IMG/VR virus record: IMGVR_UViG_3300025096_000006
Location: 44,231 to 108,230 of that record
Strand: one strand, 5' to 3'
From: a virus
Length of the DNA stretch: 64,000 bases
This document shows, one piece after another, positions 7,812-17,164 of this stretch; positions within the stretch are counted from its first letter, which is position 1, and each line of letters starts with the position of its first letter. A model generated the notes under the pieces. The model was given only the letters and a program-made list of their open reading frames with translations, had not been told where the DNA came from and did not search any database. The position numbers were made by a program, and so were the translations under genes.

Positions 7812-10712
7812 CTATTGATTTACATTTTTATAAGTAATATTAATATCCATTTTTTTACCGGTTTTCTTTGATGTCAATCTTAGTTTAAAAGTATTTCCCC
7901 AAATTGTCTCCTCAAGATTGTCTGCTCCAATCGTCACATTTTGCATTTCTTCATGTGATTCGTTTGAAATATCAGCATCTGTATCATCTATTATTGTTTG
8001 GTTTATGTTGGGTTTTATCATAAATAGTTTTTTAAATGATTTTGAGGGTTCTGTGTAATGAGTGAGAGTCGGATCTAAATCTTCCTCACAATAAGCTTCA
8101 AAGATAGAATATTTGAAAGCTCCATCATCAACTAATTCAGCTTCGTATATTTCAGATTCAAAGCCGGGTATTCCGGCCTCATTTACGGCTCTAAATAAAT
8201 AATAATATTTTCTATTAGTTGCAATCTTATCATAAAATATTGTTTGCGATAAGGTATTTTTTGAATTTTCTATTTTTAAGTCTATTCTTGAGATAATTTG
8301 ATTATCAAAATCCGCAATAGATCGTGGTTTTTCGGACACTCTATACACTTCAATAGCAGCTTGTCTAGACACGGATATTCGATTGACCTGATCTTCAACA
8401 GCATTATCTATATCAATCATATCAAGAGAATGAATATAAGAACCTCTAATATCATAATCATCATCCATAATGGGAGAAGGGGGCAAATAATGCGTAGTAA
8501 AGTCATCATATTTAATATCAAATCCAATTATTTGCGAATTATCCATCAGTTGGAACGGCGAAACATCAACTATGTTTGGGGGGTTATCTAACGCTTTTAA
8601 AACTTTAGTAGCAATTGGTATTTCTATTATTTTAGCAGAGGCTTCAAAATTTAAATAAAAATCTGCTAGGTATTGGTAGTTTTTAGATATACTCTGAGTG
8701 CTATCGATAAAAGTATTAATTCCTAGCAAGGCGTTATCTTCGTCTGTTTCATATAATTGCGTTTCTGGTCCTGCAGTTAAAGGGTCATACCACTGAATAC
8801 AATACCACCCTTCGTAATCAGCAGCTTCTTCCCCAACTATTCCGGAAGGTCTGCCTAAACGAACAGTATCTACTGAATATTTGCTGCCACACACAAGGAC
8901 ATAAGCATAAACATTATACGTATAATCTTGATCATATTTTATTTGGCTATCATATAATAAAATATCATCTCCCTCTTTGCCTTCAGCGATCCAAAAATCT
9001 TGTAATACGCCCAATGATCCACCGGTAGCAACATTGCCACCTATTTTTTCAACCCTGTAGGCTATTGTTTCTAAATATTTATGCTGATCACCTCCTACAG
9101 ATACGGGACCGGCATAATAAGAAGTTGGATTAACTATAGCATCTAAAATTAATTCTTCAGAGGCGCCTGTGCCGGCGCGGCTGTATGTTGAAAGAGCAGC
9201 TTTATCTAAAGAATAAGCTAGTGTAGTATTAGATAATTCTTCAAAATCTTTTACAAAATGAGCTATATTAATTGAATTATAGTGAGCGTATAAAAGAGTT
9301 GATTCCTTTGCAGACAGTCGATCAATATTTGGAGCACCTATAAAATAACAATCAGACGATGGGTTCACTGCTGCTTCGCTAGCCTGCTGAGAAGAGATAT
9401 TATTAATTGCAGAATAGTTAATGAATTCCGCAAAATCCAGCGTTCTGTACGTTTCACTGTTTGTTTCAGTTAGATCCTCTGAGCCCTCTAGCGAAGCGGA
9501 TGTATACATTTTTTCGACCATGAAGGTCATATCCTCCAGCCGACTAGGTTCTGCAGAAATTTGTCCAAATAAATCTTTTAAATCTTTCATAAACTTGCTA
9601 CTAAGATTGTGCTCAGTTATTAAATCTCTTACATAGCTCAAGCCTGCAAAAGATTCACTTCCAAAATTAGACAGATATGCTGAATTTAATGATTGGAAAT
9701 CAATTTTAATATAAAAAGGTATTTTACTAATGTTGTCAACAATAGATTTACATTCTTCAGATACTGCATTTTGATCAAATATCACATTGCGCATAGCCGA
9801 ATCAATACTGTTTATTGTACTTTGCGAGAGAGGATACCTTAATAAAGATGCAGAATAATAATTTCTCAAGTTTAAATCAATATCTTCAAATTGAGGAGTA
9901 GGAAATCCAGCGCCGGCGCCGGCATCCGCAGTTTCATCCCACGAATCTGCAGAATAAAATGGCGGCAAATAAGTGCTAATTAAGACAGGATCTAACAAGC
10001 TATCTGGCTCTACTGATGTTAAGTCTGGATATGCATTTTCTAATGTTATAAATCTAAGTATTGCGTCTGCGTATCCGTATGTCGGCTCTGGAGTATCTTC
10101 AATTGTCTGAAATAAATATGCATTTGGAAGAACGCGCTCTGACGCAACCCCATTAGTATAGTCTAAATACTCCGAATAATGTCTGTTATAGCTAGGGGTT
10201 ATCGATATTGTATTGTTTCCCTGAGCGGCGGCGGCATTATGATCTATTATATTAGAGTCATATTTGTGATATGGCAATTGCAAATACCTAATGGAGTGGT
10301 CTCCGAATACCGTATTGTGTTGAGACAGCGGTCCTACATATGATTTATCTGAATATTCTCCACCCATTATATAGGCTTCCCACCATAGATAATTGTCAAA
10401 CCCAAAACTAGTATCTTCATAAATTCGACAAGGCACTCTATAGCTATTAAAAAAAGATAAATTATTTATTTCTTCCATAAGATCAAAATTTGGAATAATC
10501 GCATGCATTCCTTCTTGCTCTGGAACATATTGAACTCCTAATTCATCAAATGTATACTCAGTTCCAAACAAGGAGTAAGAGAAGTACTCTTCATCATCCG
10601 AAATTTCTTCAACTGATATAAAGGCGCCCATGGCTGTTCTGAAAGGATCAGAACCGCTTATAATATCTAAATTTGCTAAGCTTAATGCAATGGCGGGGTA
10701 TTCAGTACTCAT
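7812..10712 (-). CDS. large acidic virion structural protein
   Basis: 966 aa, D/E/Y-rich; FN3-like YYYLFRAVN segment near the C-terminus; tail module context. Confidence 0.55.
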   Translation of the reverse strand: MSTEYPAIALSLANLDIISGSDPFRTAMGAFISVEEISDDEEYFSYSLFGTEYTFDELGVQYVPEQEGMHAIIPNFDLMEEINNLSFFNSYRVPCRIYEDTSFGFDNYLWWEAYIMGGEYSDKSYVGPLSQHNTVFGDHSIRYLQLPYHKYDSNIIDHNAAAAQGNNTISITPSYNRHYSEYLDYTNGVASERVLPNAYLFQTIEDTPEPTYGYADAILRFITLENAYPDLTSVEPDSLLDPVLISTYLPPFYSADSWDETADAGAGAGFPTPQFEDIDLNLRNYYSASLLRYPLSQSTINSIDSAMRNVIFDQNAVSEECKSIVDNISKIPFYIKIDFQSLNSAYLSNFGSESFAGLSYVRDLITEHNLSSKFMKDLKDLFGQISAEPSRLEDMTFMVEKMYTSASLEGSEDLTETNSETYRTLDFAEFINYSAINNISSQQASEAAVNPSSDCYFIGAPNIDRLSAKESTLLYAHYNSINIAHFVKDFEELSNTTLAYSLDKAALSTYSRAGTGASEELILDAIVNPTSYYAGPVSVGGDQHKYLETIAYRVEKIGGNVATGGSLGVLQDFWIAEGKEGDDILLYDSQIKYDQDYTYNVYAYVLVCGSKYSVDTVRLGRPSGIVGEEAADYEGWYCIQWYDPLTAGPETQLYETDEDNALLGINTFIDSTQSISKNYQYLADFYLNFEASAKIIEIPIATKVLKALDNPPNIVDVSPFQLMDNSQIIGFDIKYDDFTTHYLPPSPIMDDDYDIRGSYIHSLDMIDIDNAVEDQVNRISVSRQAAIEVYRVSEKPRSIADFDNQIISRIDLKIENSKNTLSQTIFYDKIATNRKYYYLFRAVNEAGIPGFESEIYEAELVDDGAFKYSIFEAYCEEDLDPTLTHYTEPSKSFKKLFMIKPNINQTIIDDTDADISNESHEEMQNVTIGADNLEETIWGNTFKLRLTSKKTGKKMDINITYKNVNQ

Positions 10713-10724
10713 ATTGCGCTCTCT

Positions 10725-12032
10725 TTAGTAAGTAGTAGAAGTGCCGGATGGGTTTCCTGCAAATATCATTAGATCAGATTCTTCGGTTGCTATTTCGGCG
10801 CCGAGGGCTAAAGAAGTAAAATTACCAAACTTAAATATATCATATTTTCGACTTCTAAACTCGTCACTAGTTTCATAGCTGCGTGCTATTAATTCATCAT
10901 ATAGCGATGAAATGGTATTGTCTAATATTTCTGACCATGTATTATCTGAGCCAAATCTTTCCTTGAGAGCCGCTAGTTCACCCGAATAATATTCAACATA
11001 CGTGGCACCTTCAGCATATTGTTCTTCATCAGTTGGCTCTTCTTCTCCATCATAATACGTATGAGAAAACATCGGCGCATAATCACTACTATTCATAAAA
11101 TCCCAATATATTTGTCGTTCTTCTCCCCACAAATCTTCAAAAGATGTATATGCTATCTCCATAACTTGGCCGGCTTCAAATCTATCAGTATAATTAACGC
11201 TGTCAAAATCAAAATCAGATTCAAATTCAGCAGCAATTGAGCCTAGGGCGGCGCGCATAAGTATGCTTCCTTCTACTTCATTTTCCCAGTCGTCTGTATT
11301 GGGAGCAATGATGTCTATAAGTCCTATTCTGTTCTCACGTTCTTCAAAATCTGATCCCAAAGCCAATTCCGGGAGTCCGTTTTCGCACGGTTTATCTCCG
11401 CTAGTTGAATATTCAGTTTCTTGTTCAGGCGCAGCGTCCTCACCAGTATCGGGATCTGCTGAGTCAGCGGCTTGGCTAGCAACTTGACCGAATGGATCCT
11501 GATCTGCTGCCAGCTCGCCAGCTCCTCCTTGCGGATCTTGTTTAGTGTCAGATACATAGGCTCCACCGCCGCGGGTTCTAGATTGCCATAGGGATCCAAC
11601 TTCTTTTGGTCCACGGGTTCGATCTCCTGCTTCTCCACCGCCGCGGGTTCTAGATTGCCATAGGGATCCAACTTCTTTTGGTCCACGGGTTCGATCTCCT
11701 GCTTCTTCTTCTTCAGGGGTGGGTATGCCGAATTTTGGATCCGAAACTTCTTTTTCAAGCGGAGATCCGTATAAGGTAGCCCAGCTAGACTGGGCGCCGC
11801 CGGCGGATTGAATCATATAGCCTATGCTCATTGTTCCAAGAGATTCGTGAATAATAACATCTTCATCTGGATCGCCATATACTCTGGAACCACCTCCAGA
11901 AAACCAATCATCCTCTTCGTCTGGTGGCTCTTCGATAACGCATTGCCCCAGGTCCCAAGACCACACATAAGGTTCGCCATATAAATCTTTACATTCTTGA
12001 TCTAAGCGTTCAGTTTCTTCATCAGTGGGCAT
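10725..12032 (-). CDS. very acidic hypothetical protein with an internal 24-aa duplication
   Basis: ORF track; AAGGA RBS; co-oriented and tightly packed. Confidence 0.6.
   Translation of the reverse strand: MPTDEETERLDQECKDLYGEPYVWSWDLGQCVIEEPPDEEDDWFSGGGSRVYGDPDEDVIIHESLGTMSIGYMIQSAGGAQSSWATLYGSPLEKEVSDPKFGIPTPEEEEAGDRTRGPKEVGSLWQSRTRGGGEAGDRTRGPKEVGSLWQSRTRGGGAYVSDTKQDPQGGAGELAADQDPFGQVASQAADSADPDTGEDAAPEQETEYSTSGDKPCENGLPELALGSDFEERENRIGLIDIIAPNTDDWENEVEGSILMRAALGSIAAEFESDFDFDSVNYTDRFEAGQVMEIAYTSFEDLWGEERQIYWDFMNSSDYAPMFSHTYYDGEEEPTDEEQYAEGATYVEYYSGELAALKERFGSDNTWSEILDNTISSLYDELIARSYETSDEFRSRKYDIFKFGNFTSLALGAEIATEESDLMIFAGNPSGTSTTY
11561..11706. repeat. perfect 72-nt tandem duplication
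   Basis: ctccaccgccgcgggttcta...gatctcctgctt starts at 11561 and again at 11633. Confidence 0.97.
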
Positions 12033-12054
12033 AAAAATATATTTCCTTAATTAT

Positions 12055-12765
12055 TTAAGTAAGTTGTTTTAATGGAGTGCTAGGCATTTCGCGTAAAATT
12101 TGAGCTGATTTATTAGCGTCAACGGCGCCAGCATCCATGCTAAACACTACCTGATCGCCATTGGGGCTATTCGTATTGTTGCCGCGATTATTGTTTTTAT
12201 TAACGGCTCTATTAGTATTATTATTAGAGCTGCCAATATCACTCATCAGGACGCTAATATTTTTATTCTGTTGTATTTGTTTTGAGCTATTGCGTTTTCG
12301 CTTGTCATTTTCGTTTCGTTTATTTTGAGGAATATCATCATCCAAACAGTAAAATGGATCATTTGGATTAGCAAAATTCTTTTTTGCATCTCTTTGTTTG
12401 TTTTTCATATTTTTTGTCGATTGTTCATCAATTATATTTGGGTTATCTACAGTTTCTTTATCGGTTTGCTGTAGTAATAGCGAATAATCATATTTTTCAT
12501 CACTAATGTCACAGCCCAGTGAAAATAACAATTTAGTAGAGATTTCTGCGGTGTTGCCGTTCGACTCATAGGCGCCTGCAATTCTTTTTGCTTTCATGAT
12601 GGCTAAAGATTTTTGAATATTGGCTACTCTTGTTCTTCTTTTGTCAGTAACTTTGCCGTTTATTAAAAACTTATTTTTTGTTGCAATAATTCGGTTTAAA
12701 GCTCTATCTTCGACTATTTCTCTAGTTAGCATTCGACTGCTTGCGCCGCGTTTACGTTTTGCCAA
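12055..12765 (-). CDS. basic, Asn/Lys-rich hypothetical protein
   Basis: TTG start with GGAG RBS; late motif upstream; low-complexity Asn-rich tail. Confidence 0.55.
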   Translation of the reverse strand: MAKRKRGASSRMLTREIVEDRALNRIIATKNKFLINGKVTDKRRTRVANIQKSLAIMKAKRIAGAYESNGNTAEISTKLLFSLGCDISDEKYDYSLLLQQTDKETVDNPNIIDEQSTKNMKNKQRDAKKNFANPNDPFYCLDDDIPQNKRNENDKRKRNSSKQIQQNKNISVLMSDIGSSNNNTNRAVNKNNNRGNNTNSPNGDQVVFSMDAGAVDANKSAQILREMPSTPLKQLT

Positions 12766-12797
12766 AATAATTCTCCATTTTTTAATATAATCTCATG

Positions 12798-12806
12798 ATA
12801 AATAGT
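12798..12806 (-). promoter_or_regulatory. putative late promoter motif ACTATTTAT
   Basis: Intergenic; ACTATTTATCA is identical to the copy at 7782-7792. Confidence 0.5.
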
Positions 12807-12818
12807 GCACATATGATT

Positions 12819-15644
12819 TTAAAACCCGCCGGGAAGTTCGGAGGGGTCGCCGCCCTCGTCATCGGTTTCGAGTTCTGGATCCTCGCGTCCATAGTCTCGC
12901 TCGAATTTATCCATAATCTCCACTATATCAAAAAGCTCATCGTCTCCAAGTTTATCCGTACCGCCAAAGCCTCCGCGCCTCCAGCCGCCACCGGATCCTT
13001 CTTCAGCTGGCGGGTCTTCTTCAACAGTCGGCTCACCGCCCAATGTTGTAACAATGTCTGCTGTATAAACAATAGGAGGAAAACATTCTAAAACGCCTTC
13101 GAACTGCATATCTATTGGATCTGTGCCCCATTCATTTATAAAAGCGGCGAAAGGCTTCAGGTCCCGGTGAACGGTGTCTCGAGCGTGGACGTAGACCGCA
13201 GCTTCATCTAGTGAATCAACGCCGGCATAAAGTTCAGCGATTGCTTGAATTCCTTCCAATAAAAACACAACAGAATCTAGCGTTCCGGTTTCAGGATGCA
13301 CCATTGTCATTAGTGAGTTTGTATTAAGAACAAGATCTACCCTGCTTCCTTGAAATGTAAAATATAGCATTTCTCTATGAATATTAAAAATTAATGGCGC
13401 CAAAATCCATGGCTCAGAGCCGGGTGTATAACGCTCAACCATAGCTTGTGCAAAAAAAGAATTAAACTTATCATCAATAGCGTTATATGAGCAAGCTTCT
13501 TTAGCATATTCGCCGTATTCTACAAAATCGTCAACGATTTTTAAAAAGGATTCTATTAGTTTAACAACGGCAGCTAACGAATGATCTTCAATATGAAAAA
13601 CGGTATGATAATATTCAGTAGAAATTTCTTCATCTATTTGAAAATATCCTCCTTCTTTTTCTCGACCAACGTCGGTTGCCCACTCCCACGAATAATAATC
13701 TTCAAACGACATGCACAGTAATCTATAATTATCGTAAGCATTATAAAAAGTTGATGTATTTAAGACGTCAAAATTTCTTGGTATTACGTAAGAATATACC
13801 ATATTGTCATCTTCTGATAGTTCTTCAATGTAATATCCATCACTTTCTGAGTCTATTGAAAATCTATAATCGGTTTCCAGCACAGCATGTCCAGAAGGAG
13901 ATTCATAATCTGTGTAAGCTAAATTTTGATGAGTCATATACTTTACTTTTGGATACGAGTAATCTTCATCAAAGGCGATCCAAAACTCTTTGATTGGCTT
14001 ATCAAAGATTGGGGCGCCGTCCAGCTGGACTTCTTCTAATTCTATTTTTGAATTATATCTGGTTAACGAAAGTGTTTTTTCCTTAATCAAAGAGTTGGTA
14101 AATTCTTTTCCGAAAACAGCTTCAACACCTTTCACATGATAAACCCTAGACATTAGCAAATAATCATTAACTATTCTTTCATAATCGATAAAATAATATC
14201 CTTTGTTTAAGATATCCTCAAATCCAGACTCAATTACATCAGATACATCATCAACTTCAATTGGATTAAGATTTACACCAACTCGATGCATAAAATAGTT
14301 GTTATAAATTACATAATGTTCGTACTCTGTATCCACATAGAAGCCTGTGTAAGGATACTCAGCACCATCTCCAGTGTAAAATGCGCGCTCCTCGGCTGTT
14401 GGTACGTTAGCAGAACCAAAAAAGCTTGAGTTTACTTCTGACCAAGTTGCCGCGTCCATGGAAGCATTTGATCTTCTATCTAAAATTTTATTATTATATA
14501 TTAGTCTTTTATGAAGAAGATGTTCGTCGATTAATGAATTATTAAACTTGTGAATCATATTTCTATATCCACGATAAAAACGACCCATAGATGTTCCTGG
14601 AGTTTTTATTGGCCAAGTCCTTCTTAATTGATTAAGTTGAACAAGTAACTCTGGTTTTCTACCATAAACCGATTGAATGTATTTAATACTATTTATAATT
14701 TCTAATAATTCTTCTGATATCCTACCTGTGTCTATAGAATCTTGATACTGTTCATAAAAAACTTCTAATGCAATATGAATTTCATCATGAGTTACAGCCT
14801 CTTGTGTATAATATCTGCCATTGATACCTTGTATGGGGACATCATTATATGTTGATTCTGTAGTTTTTGATCCGCCTACAAACTGCTCTTGCGGTTCGTC
14901 ATTTAAAATTCCATCTTTAAAAACATGCTCATATGAGGCGTCTGATACTGTAATCTCTGATATTGTTTGATCAAAGTATATTCTATTATATCGGTCTTCT
15001 GGGCTATCTACATATTCCGCCGTGTCCTTATCGACCGTAGTGCTAAACGCATATAAAAATAAGTTGCTATAGTCGTCAGACATCATAGTAAAAATATGAA
15101 ACGGGTCTTCAAATGGGTCGTTTTCGCTAAAGCTCCATATATGAACACCCACGGACTCTTCGGCGCCGTAGAAGTCTTCAACACCATAATTATACCACGA
15201 CAAGTCTATATCAACTTCAGTAGTCAGCTTATAGTGTAAAGTTGTAGTATCATACCAGTCCTCTACTGGTTCCGAGTCGCTAAAATCTGCATACCAAAAA
15301 TTTCCATGATGACCGCCTAAAGTAGACATTACATTAGCGCCGAAGAAATCAATCGTGCTATTTTCACGCAATTCTGCAGAGCTTGACATCATAGTCAACA
15401 CATTAATATCATTATTTAGAAATCTTTCATGGTATTTTTGTGAAAGCCCACACATCACATAAAAGTTTAAGTTATCCACCATATATTCAATAAGTTCAGT
15501 GGGCGCATTATAATCGTAATCGCCGCCTACCTTAATAGACACTTGAGCTGTAATTTTTTCATCATATACTGTAATTTTTTCTATGAATGGTGTTGGAAGC
15601 CATCTGCCATAGCGATTTAATTTATCTAGGTTTGCTATTGACAT
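12819..15644 (-). CDS. large acidic virion structural protein with a GC-rich C-terminal region
   Basis: 941 aa; overlaps the stop of the upstream gene; tail module context. Confidence 0.55.
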   Translation of the reverse strand: MSIANLDKLNRYGRWLPTPFIEKITVYDEKITAQVSIKVGGDYDYNAPTELIEYMVDNLNFYVMCGLSQKYHERFLNNDINVLTMMSSSAELRENSTIDFFGANVMSTLGGHHGNFWYADFSDSEPVEDWYDTTTLHYKLTTEVDIDLSWYNYGVEDFYGAEESVGVHIWSFSENDPFEDPFHIFTMMSDDYSNLFLYAFSTTVDKDTAEYVDSPEDRYNRIYFDQTISEITVSDASYEHVFKDGILNDEPQEQFVGGSKTTESTYNDVPIQGINGRYYTQEAVTHDEIHIALEVFYEQYQDSIDTGRISEELLEIINSIKYIQSVYGRKPELLVQLNQLRRTWPIKTPGTSMGRFYRGYRNMIHKFNNSLIDEHLLHKRLIYNNKILDRRSNASMDAATWSEVNSSFFGSANVPTAEERAFYTGDGAEYPYTGFYVDTEYEHYVIYNNYFMHRVGVNLNPIEVDDVSDVIESGFEDILNKGYYFIDYERIVNDYLLMSRVYHVKGVEAVFGKEFTNSLIKEKTLSLTRYNSKIELEEVQLDGAPIFDKPIKEFWIAFDEDYSYPKVKYMTHQNLAYTDYESPSGHAVLETDYRFSIDSESDGYYIEELSEDDNMVYSYVIPRNFDVLNTSTFYNAYDNYRLLCMSFEDYYSWEWATDVGREKEGGYFQIDEEISTEYYHTVFHIEDHSLAAVVKLIESFLKIVDDFVEYGEYAKEACSYNAIDDKFNSFFAQAMVERYTPGSEPWILAPLIFNIHREMLYFTFQGSRVDLVLNTNSLMTMVHPETGTLDSVVFLLEGIQAIAELYAGVDSLDEAAVYVHARDTVHRDLKPFAAFINEWGTDPIDMQFEGVLECFPPIVYTADIVTTLGGEPTVEEDPPAEEGSGGGWRRGGFGGTDKLGDDELFDIVEIMDKFERDYGREDPELETDDEGGDPSELPGGF

Positions 15645-17164
15645 ATTTCAGGCTCCGTTGCTCTTCCATAAATATCAAAGTAAATAGCCTCTTCTGATTG
15701 AGTTTTGCAATCGAAATCTAAATCAACATAATAGGATTGCTTATTGAATGTTTCTGCGCCTTTACATGCCAATTCATTATCAATTTCATGATCCACCAAT
15801 ATATCAAAATAATATTCGACGCTGGCAGTAGTATAATTTGTCGATGGAATTGTTACTGGCTGATTAGCAACCATATATCCATCTTGAACATTGTTATATT
15901 CTTTTTTGAAATATTTTCTCTTATAGCGAACGTACTCATCCTTACCGCCTGCCCAAGAATCAAGTATCCACGCCGATTCATCATCAACAGTTAAACTAAT
16001 TTCGCCATCATTAGAGCGCTCGCCACAAGTAGCTGAAACCAACACTATACTAAGATCAGATGTTAAGTCATATAAATTTCCTTCCTGCACACCTTCGATA
16101 TCTAATTCAGTTCCAAAGTTATCTATTGCTTCAAGTAAATAAAGCAACAGTTCGGCGCCTCTTGATTGTTCGGTAACTCCAGCAAGCGATTCCTCTTCGG
16201 TATAACTATCCAATAATACCGTTGCGGTTCCGGTGCCGGCACCTCCGTCTGCTATAGTATCTTCTTTTGTGTTTATTACAAAGCCAGATGCAGGACCGCC
16301 AGATGCAGAGTCTTTAATTGTAATAGTTACAGTATAATTATTATGATTAATAGTGAGGATATCGCCGCTTGTGACCCCAGTCCAGCCATGGTTGCCGCCA
16401 AAGTCCTCATAAAGACCAATCCGACCATTGGCCGCAGTGCACGAAGTAACCGTTTCTTTTTGAAACACTTCAATGTCGAAATTTTCTACCAGGAGCGCGG
16501 TATTTACCTCCTCCATGTATATCAAAGCATCGTCAGCCTTTAATCCGACCGTGTGCAAATCGGCAAAAACCCTACTGGAGCCTATTATATCGTTTACAGA
16601 ATCAGGTAGCAGATCCTGATCAAGACGAGCAATTTGTTTTTCATATTCCAAAGTTATATTAATTTGAGGTATGTCCGAAAGGGTTACAGAATCTCTATTC
16701 GCTGATGATGATATTTTATTTTGTAAAGCAACAACCTTCCATGCTGGTGCGTAATTATTTGAATCTGAATCTAAAACCGCATCGCCAATTGACTTTTCAA
16801 ATCTGAACATTTCTGCGCGAGCTATTTGCTGCTGCGGGGTGGCATCAACATATTGAGTTTCGCCAGGATTTTGAATTTGTTCGTCATGGCGCTCAATATC
16901 CGTGAACAAAATTGGGGACTCAAGATATGCAGTGCTCTGCTTAATTCTTTTGTGAATATCATTTTGTGGCTCAGGAAGCGCAGTGGTCTCAACTGTGGTT
17001 CCATGGAGCACATCACCTGTACAGTATCTTTTATCATATAAAATATTATCATCAAAAAATGCATAATAAACAGGCTGCAGCTTTCCAATAGACATTAAAT
17101 ATCTACCATATGTTGTTAACTGGATATCAAAAACTTGCTCTTTTTTGTTTAAAAACTTAGCCAT
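15635..17164 (-). CDS. virion structural protein (fibre-collar-like N-terminus plus inserted domain)
   Basis: N-terminal DIQLTTYGRYLMSIG..YYAFFDDNILYD resembles the 328-aa protein N-terminus. Confidence 0.6.
   Translation of the reverse strand: MAKFLNKKEQVFDIQLTTYGRYLMSIGKLQPVYYAFFDDNILYDKRYCTGDVLHGTTVETTALPEPQNDIHKRIKQSTAYLESPILFTDIERHDEQIQNPGETQYVDATPQQQIARAEMFRFEKSIGDAVLDSDSNNYAPAWKVVALQNKISSSANRDSVTLSDIPQINITLEYEKQIARLDQDLLPDSVNDIIGSSRVFADLHTVGLKADDALIYMEEVNTALLVENFDIEVFQKETVTSCTAANGRIGLYEDFGGNHGWTGVTSGDILTINHNNYTVTITIKDSASGGPASGFVINTKEDTIADGGAGTGTATVLLDSYTEEESLAGVTEQSRGAELLLYLLEAIDNFGTELDIEGVQEGNLYDLTSDLSIVLVSATCGERSNDGEISLTVDDESAWILDSWAGGKDEYVRYKRKYFKKEYNNVQDGYMVANQPVTIPSTNYTTASVEYYFDILVDHEIDNELACKGAETFNKQSYYVDLDFDCKTQSEEAIYFDIYGRATEPEICQ

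Noticed and set aside
11561-11706. CRISPR mini-array (given the Cas4-like gene)
   Set aside because: Two abutting identical units with no spacers, inside a coding frame; no cas1/cas2 in the window
12819-15644. Functional protein kinase
   Set aside because: Only the HRDLKP loop is present; no Gly-rich loop, catalytic Lys, following Asn, DFG or APE motif
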